A DNA stretch of 64,000 nucleotides from Escherichia phage vB_EcoP_PW8. The stretch lies in sequence record PQ362703.1; one strand, given 5' to 3'. A program made the position numbers and the translations under genes. Shown piece after piece: positions 48,701-56,938 of the stretch; within the stretch, counting starts at the first letter, position 1, and every line of letters starts with the position of its first letter. Under the pieces are notes generated by a model, which was given only the letters and a program-made list of their open reading frames with translations, was not told the DNA's origin and did not search any database.

Positions 48701-50132
48701 TGTTAGTAATAGGGGAGGCAGCTTTTGCTAATACATTACCCGCCAGAGAAGCACCAGCCAGGGTAGTACGTACAGCAGGACCAACGGCAGCACCAGCAGC
48801 CTTAACAGTTGCACCAGGAGCTTGAGCAACTCCAGCAGAACCAAAGCCATACAATGCACCAAGACCAGTTTGTTCACCCACACCTTTAAGCAAATCACGC
48901 TTAGCATCTACATTACCCTGAATTGCCTTGTTCTGTGCAAACTGACTTGTACCAGACTGGATACCTTCTTCCACAGTTTCACGGAGCAAGTTAGAACCAG
49001 CACCAGCCAGAGAACCTACCTTAAGTGGGTTAAGTTCAAACTTAGATACCAGTGGGCCAGTAAGAGCAGCAACCGGAGCAGTTAGGCCAGCAGCAGTGAT
49101 ACCCGTTTCAGATGCAGTCTGACGACGAGCTTCTTCAGGAGTTAAGCCGTCTTTAATGTGTTGTTGGTATACAGGAGATTTAGCAGCCAGTTCACTGAAT
49201 GGCATTTCCATAATTTCATTAGCAGTCTGTTGGTATGCACCACCAGCTTCCATACCACCAATTGCTATAGCAGGTGCAGCAATACGCCCGGTAGCTAATG
49301 CAGTACGTGCAGGACGCGAACCTAACTCAGCAGCTAAGGTAATACCCTTAACAGCTTTATCACCACCTACCATTACTTTACCGAGTGCAGATACACCACG
49401 GATTAATGGACCACCAGTAAACAGAGAACCAACACCTTCAGCAATACCATCTGTAGCAGCCATGTCATTGGATAAGGTGTTAGCAACAGAATCATAAGCA
49501 TCACGACCAATACGAGACAGAGAAGCAACGAGTTCACTTTCCCCTTTAGCAATATCCTGCTTATAGAGTTTCTCATTTTCCTGTGCAGAGATTACATTCT
49601 GGTTCTGTACTACATTACGACGAGCATTCAATGCATCAGACTGTAGGTTGTGTACACCTTTATTCAACCAGTCAAGACTGGAAGCAATGGATGCCCCGGC
49701 ATTATCATTGACCAAGCCTGTGCCAAGAGCAGCAATGCCCCCAAGGGTATTAGCAACACCAAGACCAACACCAGAAAGGGTATCGCCAAATGCTTCTGCG
49801 TTAGTACGTTGTTTAGATAAGTCCTGGCGTACAGCATCAGCAGCATTAGCTCGACTATTAAGAATCTGTAGACCTTGCTCATTACCATACTTATTAATGA
49901 TTTCTAATGGGGAGGCCTGAGTGAAATCTGCCTGAAGTGAACCTGGTTCAAATGCACCAGCACCTAAGTTACCTGCACGACCTGCCTGTAATTGGTAAGC
50001 GTTCTGTGGGGTTAATTGGAAAGGGTTTTGCCCTTGTTCAGCTTGCTTCCGGGAGGTTGCAGTAGAGACATCGACTTGCTTAGCATTAGTGATGCTGTCT
50101 GCGAAACCTGCCAGACGGTCAAATGTTGACAT
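39774..50132 (-). CDS. giant virion-encapsidated RNA polymerase (N4 gp50-like vRNAP)
   Basis: Uninterrupted 3452-aa ORF (track 3458 aa from TTG; ATG at 50132 has AGGAAA RBS); a ~3500-aa virion RNAP is the hallmark of N4-like phages; located at the end of the structural gene block. Confidence 0.85.
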   Translation of the reverse strand: MSTFDRLAGFADSITNAKQVDVSTATSRKQAEQGQNPFQLTPQNAYQLQAGRAGNLGAGAFEPGSLQADFTQASPLEIINKYGNEQGLQILNSRANAADAVRQDLSKQRTNAEAFGDTLSGVGLGVANTLGGIAALGTGLVNDNAGASIASSLDWLNKGVHNLQSDALNARRNVVQNQNVISAQENEKLYKQDIAKGESELVASLSRIGRDAYDSVANTLSNDMAATDGIAEGVGSLFTGGPLIRGVSALGKVMVGGDKAVKGITLAAELGSRPARTALATGRIAAPAIAIGGMEAGGAYQQTANEIMEMPFSELAAKSPVYQQHIKDGLTPEEARRQTASETGITAAGLTAPVAALTGPLVSKFELNPLKVGSLAGAGSNLLRETVEEGIQSGTSQFAQNKAIQGNVDAKRDLLKGVGEQTGLGALYGFGSAGVAQAPGATVKAAGAAVGPAVRTTLAGASLAGNVLAKAASPITNILVQRGEEVAKRNEQASPVSDATVNAAAQEATAQAEQAQATVQEAVDAMDITPEEKAAATQYAADLTQVMKFDPVELEQASPAIREAVSGSTNRVEAIQKMADLVNTAEDPNVQMEAAIQMYDNIMSMDSFINRDPGALANLEQGSPAANIVDQFSGLMANVQNTPKVLRAFRAIHSMIQEQAEAGKLKATEEANQAQANSIAMAADMSPEVLDADSVNMVLKHASEGKITLGNRQRAALQSAAALLQGAREFDAKAEELGLRPQDIVSKQIKTDESRSNEGQYSALQHAKRIRSAYNSGNFDLASAYLDDFMKFAQHMQNKVGALNEHLISGNADKNKSVHYQALTSSREWVRSRTGLGVNPYDTKSVKFAQQVGLEAKTVADIANALATAYPELNVSHVKVIPLDSRLNKPAAQVVKEFRQGNLDAAQSQQTNEPVNQVDDTPVTKQEPVTPTVQTKPSVSEAVKTEPTIKESKPQAVKEPENQSEKQDVTLTNEDNTQEIAETKTEMEAVFHVYNNDKTPNQFLKAFSLPEEPKSRTIGSESPLTDVKKALSSAARFEAFTQKENNALTGDVIKRYQDLFAFGETLKTTLSDRLAKFLANKNVGKRFAEGTEANRWVGGKLLNIVEKDGDTFKFNDQLLETAVLAGLQWRLTATQNAAVKDMKDVAAITGVEASLLPEGILADFENAQTLVEATNSLAQKIESYWGLNRNPNAPLGYTKGIPMAMATEILSSLIEMGEVKESMLDVSEIDPESNKTIGLYTIEKLDDNDAINKFPTAIEEAVLLEPEEKLYLGDDIPSVAQTQLRNPAVRNTPEQKAALKAEQATEFRVHMPMVNFYEALGRDNILELMGAGALNPELLNVNTAKSLEGKNLSVSMAYDSLFGVINQIKEQENGLDTPIHYGYNMTRVGRMQMLGKNNPQSSKLVREAILPTFSTIDLSNENSQTFSDFQLGLAQALGIKVHKMSREVMSDELTKALEGKLKPAVDMMVEFDKSGHLPTNAVDILKTSLGSDKSFVALMALMEYARYLNSDDRTNFNTPLYVEADGVTNGPINAMVLMTGGKFTPDWIKNTAKGGLFFGKAGKTMNEHHSHEDSVDLYEASTNGLQQALNELRNTYRNNVPVTNQMKHLQKLMDLFIKDFNLNEDGTLDLKRGIAKNPLTITIYGSGARGIAGKMVSAITDTIYERFSDVLQARAADPSISPAMAMFGKEAASEAAAQAMLDTFLTSMEALTGNVPVMRKGELSIQQVDGALTGKLDPQKFTVSGNALKNLQENMLHLFVEPMRTGIRNTVGEGLMYSTENLQKATQIQSLVLQDMFQQAVQAKLAEKEKDPTWKKGDFLTQKELNEIQNSLAPLAPMIETGSQTFYIAGSENTDVANQVLATNLDDRMRVPMSIYAPSQAGVAGIPFMTIGTGDGMMMQTLSTMKGAPKNTLKIFDGMNIGINDITDASRKANEAVYTSWQGNPIKNVYDSFAKFMKNVDFSKLSDETKQAIAKSALEYDQREGATDDLLRVGAEQIERNLRNIALGVDIRHKVMDQVQVTVDQMAAVGAPYVNNGKISLEGLTVDQQVAKLNELFDAELNKRRDAVRAAKAEPVKEVPAIELVGHVLKSGVRLLSNTAIAKLAKEMSPEQQAVLKEIQKSLAAKDYKVVYGTPSQLDAYAIEKNIARPAPEDIEAAEAGNAYGWTNFEDKTIYLVTPSLETLVHELVHASTFESVLAHYEGTPNEAVQNIEDLMNQFRALDVKDESPAVREAYADALNTINGHLSNGFIEPAMAKAAALNEYMAWGLTNRELINKQKKTTALKTMVQAVYEAIKRLVFGRKKAPANADDMFSGLLFNSAVVMRGQAPTAAVAKDTTLFHNKAYGDNTRLEELGKTFDKLITDYIGSEPVQQVIRKGKFSDAVVNATKVTRDVQAHGFTMNMQEQRLFTNIVAALATEAAVNPAAMARAQEYYTHVTKNLTVESFMANPDSTNPADRYYAQQKFDTIMGANNIEFDAQGRSSLLPTFVGLAMVSEEVRKVLAEIPVMKADKKSGNTVDAMLTNIGTAAMASLNARVAGDTKATNVQEGMDALAQTIMQTSLNAESFYDSVATPTGNAIDRANQYLVDSIDVLSTRALEGAREVAANTKNPLVKGAAHAAQLVAAIATEKNGSIVAEGVMAAMNQGKVWQPFHDLVNDIVGRTKSNASVYDLIKAVRAQVQADRQQFREHLPTAIASKFSRRLTNEEWKAMHTGMGKTDLAVLRDTMSLGEIRDLLTDQKIVDREVNKLEADLQKQAGRNWPLISRKSKQLAQYMINGTVGNNLLRNATAISRLLGERKTTRSVVDVAQLDKLITLYALEAMGKTDREMLSSLAQTEIEGMDFATSYLVGQRKDEMAKAKSDSRATLNQYKGYIPSETKQGVNLIVAEDSQFADLIEKSYVRLGTYQGSSANRGPARSYYFAPVQAQAPFSQGILQNVRNTAGGVDLGTGFTMGTMVAGRITDKPSVDRITKALARGERGNEPLLPVYDANGNVVAYEQSIDPNMLKHIEGENHLARAIGVWRGRQVEEAKAQRFNDMLIENLHSMYENDLKMSASNKSQYVNLLGSKLDPVTADALKLMNSETRQKAESLFGPGELWVRRDMLNDALGYRAASVGDAWSGNSRWSPETLDTFKKAMLGVFGNRAYKYVMGGENLVQNLVKEAKTLIVVKSVVVPAVNFLANLYQMVARGVPVKNIAKSIPQKTAEINQYLKSRLRQVDAEAELRAATNPNQIRKLKAEIQSITDSHKRLSIWPLLEAGEFSSIADAGIGRDDILITEGKLHEYMEKLADKLPKSVRNAGRYALITKDTALFQGIQKTVEYSDFIAKAIIYDELTQRKGKTREEALGRVTEEFINYDRLPGRFRGYMESVGLMWFYNFKIRSAKVAVSMIRNNPVHAAMAMLAPTPTMFGNVGLPIQDNIFSIAAQGNLGYSFGFGQGLRAHTLNPWLNLTN

Positions 50133-50196
50133 AGCATGTTTCCTGTTCAAACTTATATCGTATATAGGAAGCTTACTCTACAGTAAGCCAGTGTAA

Positions 50197-50220
50197 GAAA
50201 AAAGCCCCGAAGGGCTTTTG
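50197..50220 (-). terminator. rho-independent terminator on minus strand
   Basis: On the minus strand AAAAGCCC-TTCG-GGGCTTTT followed by TTCTTAC. Confidence 0.55.
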
Positions 50221-50226
50221 TTAGTA

Positions 50227-52191
50227 TTACCGATTTTGTCTTGGTTGCATATACTCAGGCAAACCTTGTGCCTGACGTAGGTAACGTGCAGCACGTTCTT
50301 CATCTTCCTTGGCTCGTGCTCTGTCCACACTAGCCTGTGACCGGAAACCTCTTGGAGCCAAGTTAGATGGGTCTGCTTGAACTTGAGCTTGTGCAGCTTG
50401 TAGCATTGCAGCAGCTTTAGTAACAGCTTCCTGACGAGCGGGCAACAATGCAGTAAGACCTGTCTGTCCGGTGTTAATCTTGTTCTGGGTATTTGTCAGT
50501 GCAGCTACAGCAGCATCATAAGCAGTCTGTGCTGCCTGAATATTCTGCATAGCCTGTGCACGTCCAAGATTACGTACACTGCCTTCTAGTGGTTCACCTC
50601 GTTGTACGCCCTCAATTAACTGGTCTACCAGACGGTCATTAAGACGCATACCATTACCGGCTTCGTTAGTAATGAATGGGTTAACTGCATCAATAGCACG
50701 ACTAATATAACCCTCTGGAACACCTGTCTGTGCACGTTGCATAACAGCAGCAGCCATAGCTGGAGACATATTCCCACGTTGAGAAATATCAGTTAGTCGG
50801 TTAAGTACCCAGTTACGGTCAGCACCCTTAAAGTCACCATCCAGCAGACGATTAGCAATCTCACCTACTGGAGTATTATCGGTGACAGTACCCAGGAAAT
50901 CGGTATTAAGACTACCGGTATTATCCTGCATAGAGCGAGTACCAATCATACCTTGAGCCAAGGTAGATACTGCCTGATTTCCTTGATTATTCTGAATCAG
51001 AGCGAATGGGTCAGCTCCTACCTCAGCTTGAGCAATAACAGGCTTAATCTGTTCCCAAGTCATATCCTTATAAGCACCTGGAGTTGAGTTAGGTAAAGCA
51101 GCCCAGGTATCTTTAAGGTTACCGTTCTTACGAGCCTCAAAAATGGCCTTACCAATCTTCTCCTGGTTCTCAGGGGAAAGGGGCTGGTTCTGCCAATCTG
51201 AACCAAGAACTTTGGGAGCAAAGTCTTGTAAAGTAGCCTGGTTAATCTGGAATGCACCAACAGGGGAAGCACCCTGATTAGTCTTCATGACATCCTGGTG
51301 TTTAATTACATCACCAATACTCATTTGAGTAATAGGAGTAGATGTACCGGCAAACTGATAAGTAACATCATAAGGAGAACCCTGGCGAGTACCAGCAGTA
51401 CCAGGAGCAGATGTAGCACCGACATTATTGCCGTAAACACCCGGGTATGCACGGGCTAGTATTTCCTGTAAACGTGCCTGTGCAACAGGGGACAGATTTT
51501 TACTATATGCTTCTGCCAACAGACGAGCATCGTTGGGGTTCTCAGCGCCACGGGTAATTTGTGACATTACACCCATAGCTGCTTGACTATCCGCATCATT
51601 ACGTTGAGCCACACCCAAATCAAAACGGTTCTGTGCTTGGTTAATAGCAGCACCACCTTGTCCTTGGAGACTACTCAACAATTCCAGTTGTTGGTCAGCA
51701 GGAAGTGCAGATAATGCATCACGGGTTTGACCTAATGCAGTATTAATACGGTTCTGGTCACCAGACTGATAAGCCTCAGACAGTAATCGAATAGCTGGTG
51801 AAGCATTATCTAGTGCAGAGTTAACATCCTTTAAGCGACCGAAGGTATAAGCATTATAGTCGTTGGTCCCCTGTTGACCTTGTTGAGTCAGAAGAGTACC
51901 TGCTCGCTCATCCAGATTCTGAAGAGTACGCTGACTTACCAATGAAGGGTCAACTCCCTGAAACAATGCACCAGATGCCAGAGCATTACGATACTCAGTA
52001 GGGTCTTGATACTGCATAGCATTCATCATGACGGCATTGCCAGCCTCCTGCTTGGCAGCGTTCTGGAAATTACCCAGTGCATCACTTAAGCCGGAGGTGG
52101 CGTTACCAATCATGTTTCCAAATGTGCGAATGTTGTCACCAACTCCAGAGAAGTTAGGTGCATCAACATTACGCCATGTTATCTGACTCAT
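50227..52191 (-). CDS. virion structural protein (N4 gp51-like position), Gln/Ala-rich
   Basis: 654-aa ORF immediately upstream of the vRNAP gene. Confidence 0.5.
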   Translation of the reverse strand: MSQITWRNVDAPNFSGVGDNIRTFGNMIGNATSGLSDALGNFQNAAKQEAGNAVMMNAMQYQDPTEYRNALASGALFQGVDPSLVSQRTLQNLDERAGTLLTQQGQQGTNDYNAYTFGRLKDVNSALDNASPAIRLLSEAYQSGDQNRINTALGQTRDALSALPADQQLELLSSLQGQGGAAINQAQNRFDLGVAQRNDADSQAAMGVMSQITRGAENPNDARLLAEAYSKNLSPVAQARLQEILARAYPGVYGNNVGATSAPGTAGTRQGSPYDVTYQFAGTSTPITQMSIGDVIKHQDVMKTNQGASPVGAFQINQATLQDFAPKVLGSDWQNQPLSPENQEKIGKAIFEARKNGNLKDTWAALPNSTPGAYKDMTWEQIKPVIAQAEVGADPFALIQNNQGNQAVSTLAQGMIGTRSMQDNTGSLNTDFLGTVTDNTPVGEIANRLLDGDFKGADRNWVLNRLTDISQRGNMSPAMAAAVMQRAQTGVPEGYISRAIDAVNPFITNEAGNGMRLNDRLVDQLIEGVQRGEPLEGSVRNLGRAQAMQNIQAAQTAYDAAVAALTNTQNKINTGQTGLTALLPARQEAVTKAAAMLQAAQAQVQADPSNLAPRGFRSQASVDRARAKEDEERAARYLRQAQGLPEYMQPRQNR

Positions 52192-52203
52192 GATGGATTC
52201 CTA

Positions 52204-52647
52204 TTAACGAGTTAGCTTATTAGCTGCAATGTAAGCATCAGCAGTAGATTGGTCACGGTTTTCTGCTGTAGCACGACTACGAGCACGGTCTTCCAGTGCA
52301 GTGTTATAAGACTTAATCTGGTTATTCAGATTAGTGTTAGTAACACTCTTAGTAAAGTTCAACTGGTCTTTAGCTAACTTATTGGCTTGGAAACCACTAT
52401 AGATATTAGCCAATGAACCAAGTGCACCCAGTCCTAATTGGAAGGTAGGTACGTTCATACCTAACTGACTAGCCGAGCCAGACATGAAAGTATTGGGAGC
52501 AGATGTACCAAAATTCGTACTCATACCAATAGCTGCACCTGGGTTGTAGTTCATAGCTGGGGTATTAAAGTTCTGATTGTTATTAGACATCCAGGACATA
52601 GCAGCTGGCTGTGGGATTTGGTTGCCTGTTAAGAATGATAAATCCAT
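52204..52647 (-). CDS. virion structural protein (N4 gp52-like position)
   Basis: 147-aa ORF with AGGAGAA RBS. Confidence 0.5.
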   Translation of the reverse strand: MDLSFLTGNQIPQPAAMSWMSNNNQNFNTPAMNYNPGAAIGMSTNFGTSAPNTFMSGSASQLGMNVPTFQLGLGALGSLANIYSGFQANKLAKDQLNFTKSVTNTNLNNQIKSYNTALEDRARSRATAENRDQSTADAYIAANKLTR

Positions 52648-52660
52648 GGGGATTCTCCTG

Positions 52661-55315
52661 TTAAACTAGGTCGGTATTAAGGGTCATGTCAGAGTAGTTA
52701 CCTATCATGTCTAGAGACAAGTCAGCTATATCTGAACCAGTCATGAGAGTACGTGATAAGAATGAATCCAGTGACTCCATTGACACGAATTGCATAGGGT
52801 CAATTACACCCTGCCCAGCAGTACCAAACATTTCTTCATACTGCTTATTGATTGCCATCATATCAGTGTTGTACTGCTGCATTACTTTCTCTGCTTTCTG
52901 AATAGTAGCAGCCGTAGATGCATTAATATACTGACTAATACCATTACCTACTGAACTGGTAAGCTGCATGATGTTTTGTGCATTCATCATCTCACCTGCT
53001 AGGGTGGATAGGGATGTACCAGTAGACAAAGCAGTACCAACATTCATAGCTACCATTGAAGCAATAGCTGCAATAATAAAGCCTAATTTATCACCGAACA
53101 GTGCAGTGGATACTTTTGTAATAATGGATACCAGAATCATTCCAGCAATAGCGTTTGCTACAGCACCAACTATCACGGCAGCTAATCCAACAAAGCCAAG
53201 TGATGCACCAACTGCACCATATGCTCCAAGTATGCCTGCACCACCAGCACCCATAGTGAATACGGATACAACGACAGCAACTACAACAACCACAATCTTA
53301 AAAGCAGATGTTTGATACCACTTCTTCTTAACCTTCTTATATGAGTTCATCACTAAGTAGGAGCAAGCAGTGGATAGCTGAGTACTTCGAACCAGTGACA
53401 TTGAACGGTAGATGTTAGTATGTAGTGGAATAATGAATCCGCTCTCCTCTGCATCACCCATTGCTTCGGCGACATCAATGTGCACTGACTTATTCTTATA
53501 TACCCTGTTGTTGTGGTTTAGGCCCAGTATTCTAAGTTTACGGTAGGTATTATTACCATCCTGCCAAAGTAACTCATACTCCTGCATTGAATAGAATGTG
53601 TACGTTACCTCAAGTTTCTTAGAAGAGCCGGAGTTACGGGAGGTACGCATATTCTTACGAGTAAGGGTTATATCCCCTGCATACCTGGATCGAAGCTGCC
53701 CCTGTTTAGCACCAGACCATGCTTGCCCTGAGTGGGTAGTTTCAAATACATAGTTCCAGCCAATAGTCATGTCATACTTGTAATGCTTATTACTATGTAC
53801 CCTAAATTCTCGCTTAGGTATAACAGGATATTCAGGTAGTGGTGGCGGTGTTCCAATAGTATGCCCTCCAGTCATATTCCACCATTTTACATATGCATCA
53901 ACTGCATCATTAGCTGCCTGATAACCTGCAATTACTGCTTCCAAAGTTGGGTAGGTTGGGTCAGGTGGAAATGCTTCTGTAGCCATCTGAAAGAAACGGT
54001 AGATGTATTCCTTAGCAGTATCCTCTGGAGAATTAAGAGATACACCGAATGTGCCATAAATGTATTGGATATCACCTATGTCCTTATTCTTCTTAAGCTC
54101 AGTTATTACATTATTGAGTTTGCCACCAGTAGCTTTATAAAGAGCCTTTTTACAGTGAGGGTAGATTGGGTCATTCTCTACCCATTGCTTATCATTCCTG
54201 ATTGGAATGAATGGGTAGAATCGATTATCAGTAGCTTCAGTCTCAAACAGTGAATCCAGTGCAACGTTACCAGAGTTCTGCTTATAGATAAGCATCTTAG
54301 GTGTACCAACAGCAGTCATCTCTGTATCAGTACGAGTAGTCTGGGATGAATACTTACGAACCAGTGTCTCTGTGGTTGTAGTGATTGTATCGGTACGAGT
54401 AACTCCACCACCTAAATCAACTACATTAGTAGTTACAGAAGTACTAGACTGAACCTCACCAAACTTTTTATGAGTCATTACCCGGTCAGATACAACTACA
54501 GTCACATCATTAGGTTTCTCAGTAAACCCTCTGCGGTAAACCTTAACGTAAGAGTTCCAGTTATCTACACTTGGTTCAGTGACTGTACTATCCTCATCCG
54601 GTCTGTCATCAGAGTAAACAGAATGAGTATGTATAGTCTTAGTAAGGTTAGTTGTATTAGCTGTTGTATCACTTGATACAGTATTCCATAGCAAAGTAGA
54701 AGGTAAGTCACTCTCGCTATCATAAACAGTAGTCGGTCCTACTACCGGTGGATTGATAGTAGGAGATTTATAGAAAGAGTAGTCAACATAGAGATACAAA
54801 GCACCTGGTTCAAAGTTAGTTGGTGTGAATTTAATAGTAGAACCTCCATCCAAGGAGGTCATAGTAATTTCATTGGTATCTTCATCAATGTCTATGTCGA
54901 ATCGTTCCATGATTCGACTCGGAGCATTCTCATAAAGATACTGGTCACACCATTGCTCAAAATCAGCAAAGCCAATCTCTGCTGCCTGAACATAAACAGA
55001 TTCTCCAGCAGGGGGCGTAATTTGACCCTCTATAACAGTAGGGTCAATCTTAGCCAATACACCCAATGAAGAACCAGCCATACCTATTTTTGAATCATAG
55101 TGGTTCTTACTCCAGCTGGAGAACAATCGCATACGAATACCAGGTCCATTCAGATAACTATCAGAGATAGTGTCTGCCATAGTGAATCCTGTATTGGAAA
55201 CAATGTTACCAATGACTACAGTCTTCATATAGTTAGGACGTTTGTGTATGTCCCCTGCCATATTGTAGACAGAGGATGCTACGTATACTTTGGTCTTACT
55301 ACTGAATAAGCCCAT
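52661..55315 (-). CDS. large virion protein with central hydrophobic/TM region (possible internal or ejection protein)
   Basis: 884-aa ORF; long Gly/Ala/Val-rich hydrophobic stretch IVVVVVAVVVSVFTMGAGGAGILGAYGAVGASLGFVGLAAVIVGAV. Confidence 0.5.
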   Translation of the reverse strand: MGLFSSKTKVYVASSVYNMAGDIHKRPNYMKTVVIGNIVSNTGFTMADTISDSYLNGPGIRMRLFSSWSKNHYDSKIGMAGSSLGVLAKIDPTVIEGQITPPAGESVYVQAAEIGFADFEQWCDQYLYENAPSRIMERFDIDIDEDTNEITMTSLDGGSTIKFTPTNFEPGALYLYVDYSFYKSPTINPPVVGPTTVYDSESDLPSTLLWNTVSSDTTANTTNLTKTIHTHSVYSDDRPDEDSTVTEPSVDNWNSYVKVYRRGFTEKPNDVTVVVSDRVMTHKKFGEVQSSTSVTTNVVDLGGGVTRTDTITTTTETLVRKYSSQTTRTDTEMTAVGTPKMLIYKQNSGNVALDSLFETEATDNRFYPFIPIRNDKQWVENDPIYPHCKKALYKATGGKLNNVITELKKNKDIGDIQYIYGTFGVSLNSPEDTAKEYIYRFFQMATEAFPPDPTYPTLEAVIAGYQAANDAVDAYVKWWNMTGGHTIGTPPPLPEYPVIPKREFRVHSNKHYKYDMTIGWNYVFETTHSGQAWSGAKQGQLRSRYAGDITLTRKNMRTSRNSGSSKKLEVTYTFYSMQEYELLWQDGNNTYRKLRILGLNHNNRVYKNKSVHIDVAEAMGDAEESGFIIPLHTNIYRSMSLVRSTQLSTACSYLVMNSYKKVKKKWYQTSAFKIVVVVVAVVVSVFTMGAGGAGILGAYGAVGASLGFVGLAAVIVGAVANAIAGMILVSIITKVSTALFGDKLGFIIAAIASMVAMNVGTALSTGTSLSTLAGEMMNAQNIMQLTSSVGNGISQYINASTAATIQKAEKVMQQYNTDMMAINKQYEEMFGTAGQGVIDPMQFVSMESLDSFLSRTLMTGSDIADLSLDMIGNYSDMTLNTDLV

Positions 55316-55316
55316 A

Positions 55317-56159
55317 TTAGTTCAGCCCGTTGTTAGACTTCAGCTTGGTTAAAATGGTATCAATACTTGCGTTAGTGAAACCATTTGGTGGGTTCAAGCC
55401 TTCATCAATAGTCTTCTGTGTAATCCATGCATCAGTAAACAGCTTAGATGCTTTAACCTCTGCATCACGTTGGTAAGAAGTAATCTGTTGAGAGTACAGT
55501 TCTTTCTGTTTACCTACAGAACCAGTAACAGTAGCACCATCACTACGGGTATCTAGTGTCTGTGCACGTTGTGCTTCGGTCTGCTCAGTAATCAGCTTAA
55601 GCTGTTGAGGTAACATCTGATTAGCATTAAACAATGCAGCACAGTACGTCTCAGACTCAGTAGCAATCTTCATCTTAGTAAGAGCGTATTCACTCTTAGC
55701 AGACAGTGCCTGAATCTTAGCTAGTACAAACTGAGCTTTAGAAGTAGCCAATGTAACACGTGCAGTAACTGCCTGAATCTGTGCCAGTGCAGCAGCCCAG
55801 TATGCCTGGTCACGACCAAGTAAGAACTGAACAGCATTACTCATGCATGATTCCATCATAGCAATGTATGCTTTGGTATATTCACCACCTGTAATACGGT
55901 TAGCTTTAAACTCAGCTTTAAGGTGATTATGTGCAGATTCCATTAATGCATCAAACGTACCACTACCACCTACTTCACGAGTAGTAAGAGATTCATTGGT
56001 TATTTTAGTAATGGCACCAAAGATTGGAGAACCATCCCCACCAGGGATATCCCATTCGGGGCCAGACATATCAATATCAGGAAGGGCAAAGTCATCACCC
56101 TTAGTTAACTCTTCAAGGAGTCGGTTAGCTTCTACCTCAGCAGAACAAGACATAATCAT
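55317..56159 (-). CDS. virion structural protein (function unknown)
   Basis: 280-aa ORF in the structural block. Confidence 0.5.
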   Translation of the reverse strand: MIMSCSAEVEANRLLEELTKGDDFALPDIDMSGPEWDIPGGDGSPIFGAITKITNESLTTREVGGSGTFDALMESAHNHLKAEFKANRITGGEYTKAYIAMMESCMSNAVQFLLGRDQAYWAAALAQIQAVTARVTLATSKAQFVLAKIQALSAKSEYALTKMKIATESETYCAALFNANQMLPQQLKLITEQTEAQRAQTLDTRSDGATVTGSVGKQKELYSQQITSYQRDAEVKASKLFTDAWITQKTIDEGLNPPNGFTNASIDTILTKLKSNNGLN

Positions 56160-56229
56160 TCCTCTTGGTTCAAAAAGAAACGGCCCACGGAGTTACCCCA
56201 GTGAGCCGTGTTGAACTGTAGCTTATACG

Positions 56230-56871
56230 TTAATCGTTAAGGCTACCAGCAGCAATCTGTGCTTGAGCCAGTTGAGCTAATTCAGCTTCAGTCAACGGAG
56301 GCAGTACTTCGATGGAGAACTCTCGTGCTTCTGTTGCACGGATATCCGGTAAGCCATTCTTGCCTTTACGGGTAGTAATGTTAATGAACTTACGTTCTTT
56401 AAGGAACTCGTAGATACAGTACGGAATATGATAACCATTGTCGGTTACTTCACCGAATGGAACAAACTTACGTACAGTACCCATATATTCGTTAGCTACG
56501 GTGATAATCTCACCCGGCAGGTCTTTCTTCTTAGGATCAAGGTTCTGGATACGTACACGGATCAGTCGAGTCTGCTCTGCACGAATCTTTTGACCCAGGG
56601 TCATCTTCTTAACACCAGCTTCTTGCTTAGCACCCAGTGGATTAACAGCAGCTTCTTCTACTACTGGTTCATCTTTTACTTGTGCAGCTTCAATCTTTTC
56701 ACGAAGCTTCTCAACGGAAATGTTGTTAGAGAACTTGATATTCATCAACGTTGCACGTTGCTTAAGAACTTCAAGTTCACTAGGCATTGCAATATCGTTA
56801 ACGGTATCTTCGTTGCCCTGTACGTTCTGTTCCACGCCAGTGGTCGGTTTATCGTTAATGCTCATGTTCAT
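56230..56871 (-). CDS. structural-module protein (function unknown)
   Basis: 213-aa ORF downstream of the capsid gene. Confidence 0.5.
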   Translation of the reverse strand: MNMSINDKPTTGVEQNVQGNEDTVNDIAMPSELEVLKQRATLMNIKFSNNISVEKLREKIEAAQVKDEPVVEEAAVNPLGAKQEAGVKKMTLGQKIRAEQTRLIRVRIQNLDPKKKDLPGEIITVANEYMGTVRKFVPFGEVTDNGYHIPYCIYEFLKERKFINITTRKGKNGLPDIRATEAREFSIEVLPPLTEAELAQLAQAQIAAGSLND

Positions 56872-56901
56872 ATTTCCTATGGTTCATTTAGTTTTATTAA
56901 G

Positions 56902-56930
56902 AGGGGGACTAATGTCCCCCTTGTTTTATT
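56902..56930. terminator. strong hairpin just downstream of the capsid gene
   Basis: AGGGGGAC-TAAT-GTCCCCCT 8-bp perfect stem; T-run follows on the plus strand, A/U-rich flank on the minus strand. Confidence 0.45.
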
Positions 56931-56938
56931 TCGGACTA

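Noticed and set aside
39822-49920. Many plus-strand ORFs of 60-145 aa inside the vRNAP gene (e.g. 39822..40259, 47502..47918, 49156..49497)
   Set aside because: They lie entirely within the uninterrupted 3452-aa minus-strand ORF and have no RBS or terminators; shadow ORFs
56902-56930. Interpreting the capsid-proximal hairpin as a plus-strand terminator
   Set aside because: There is no convincing plus-strand gene to terminate in this region; more plausibly it acts on the minus-strand capsid transcript
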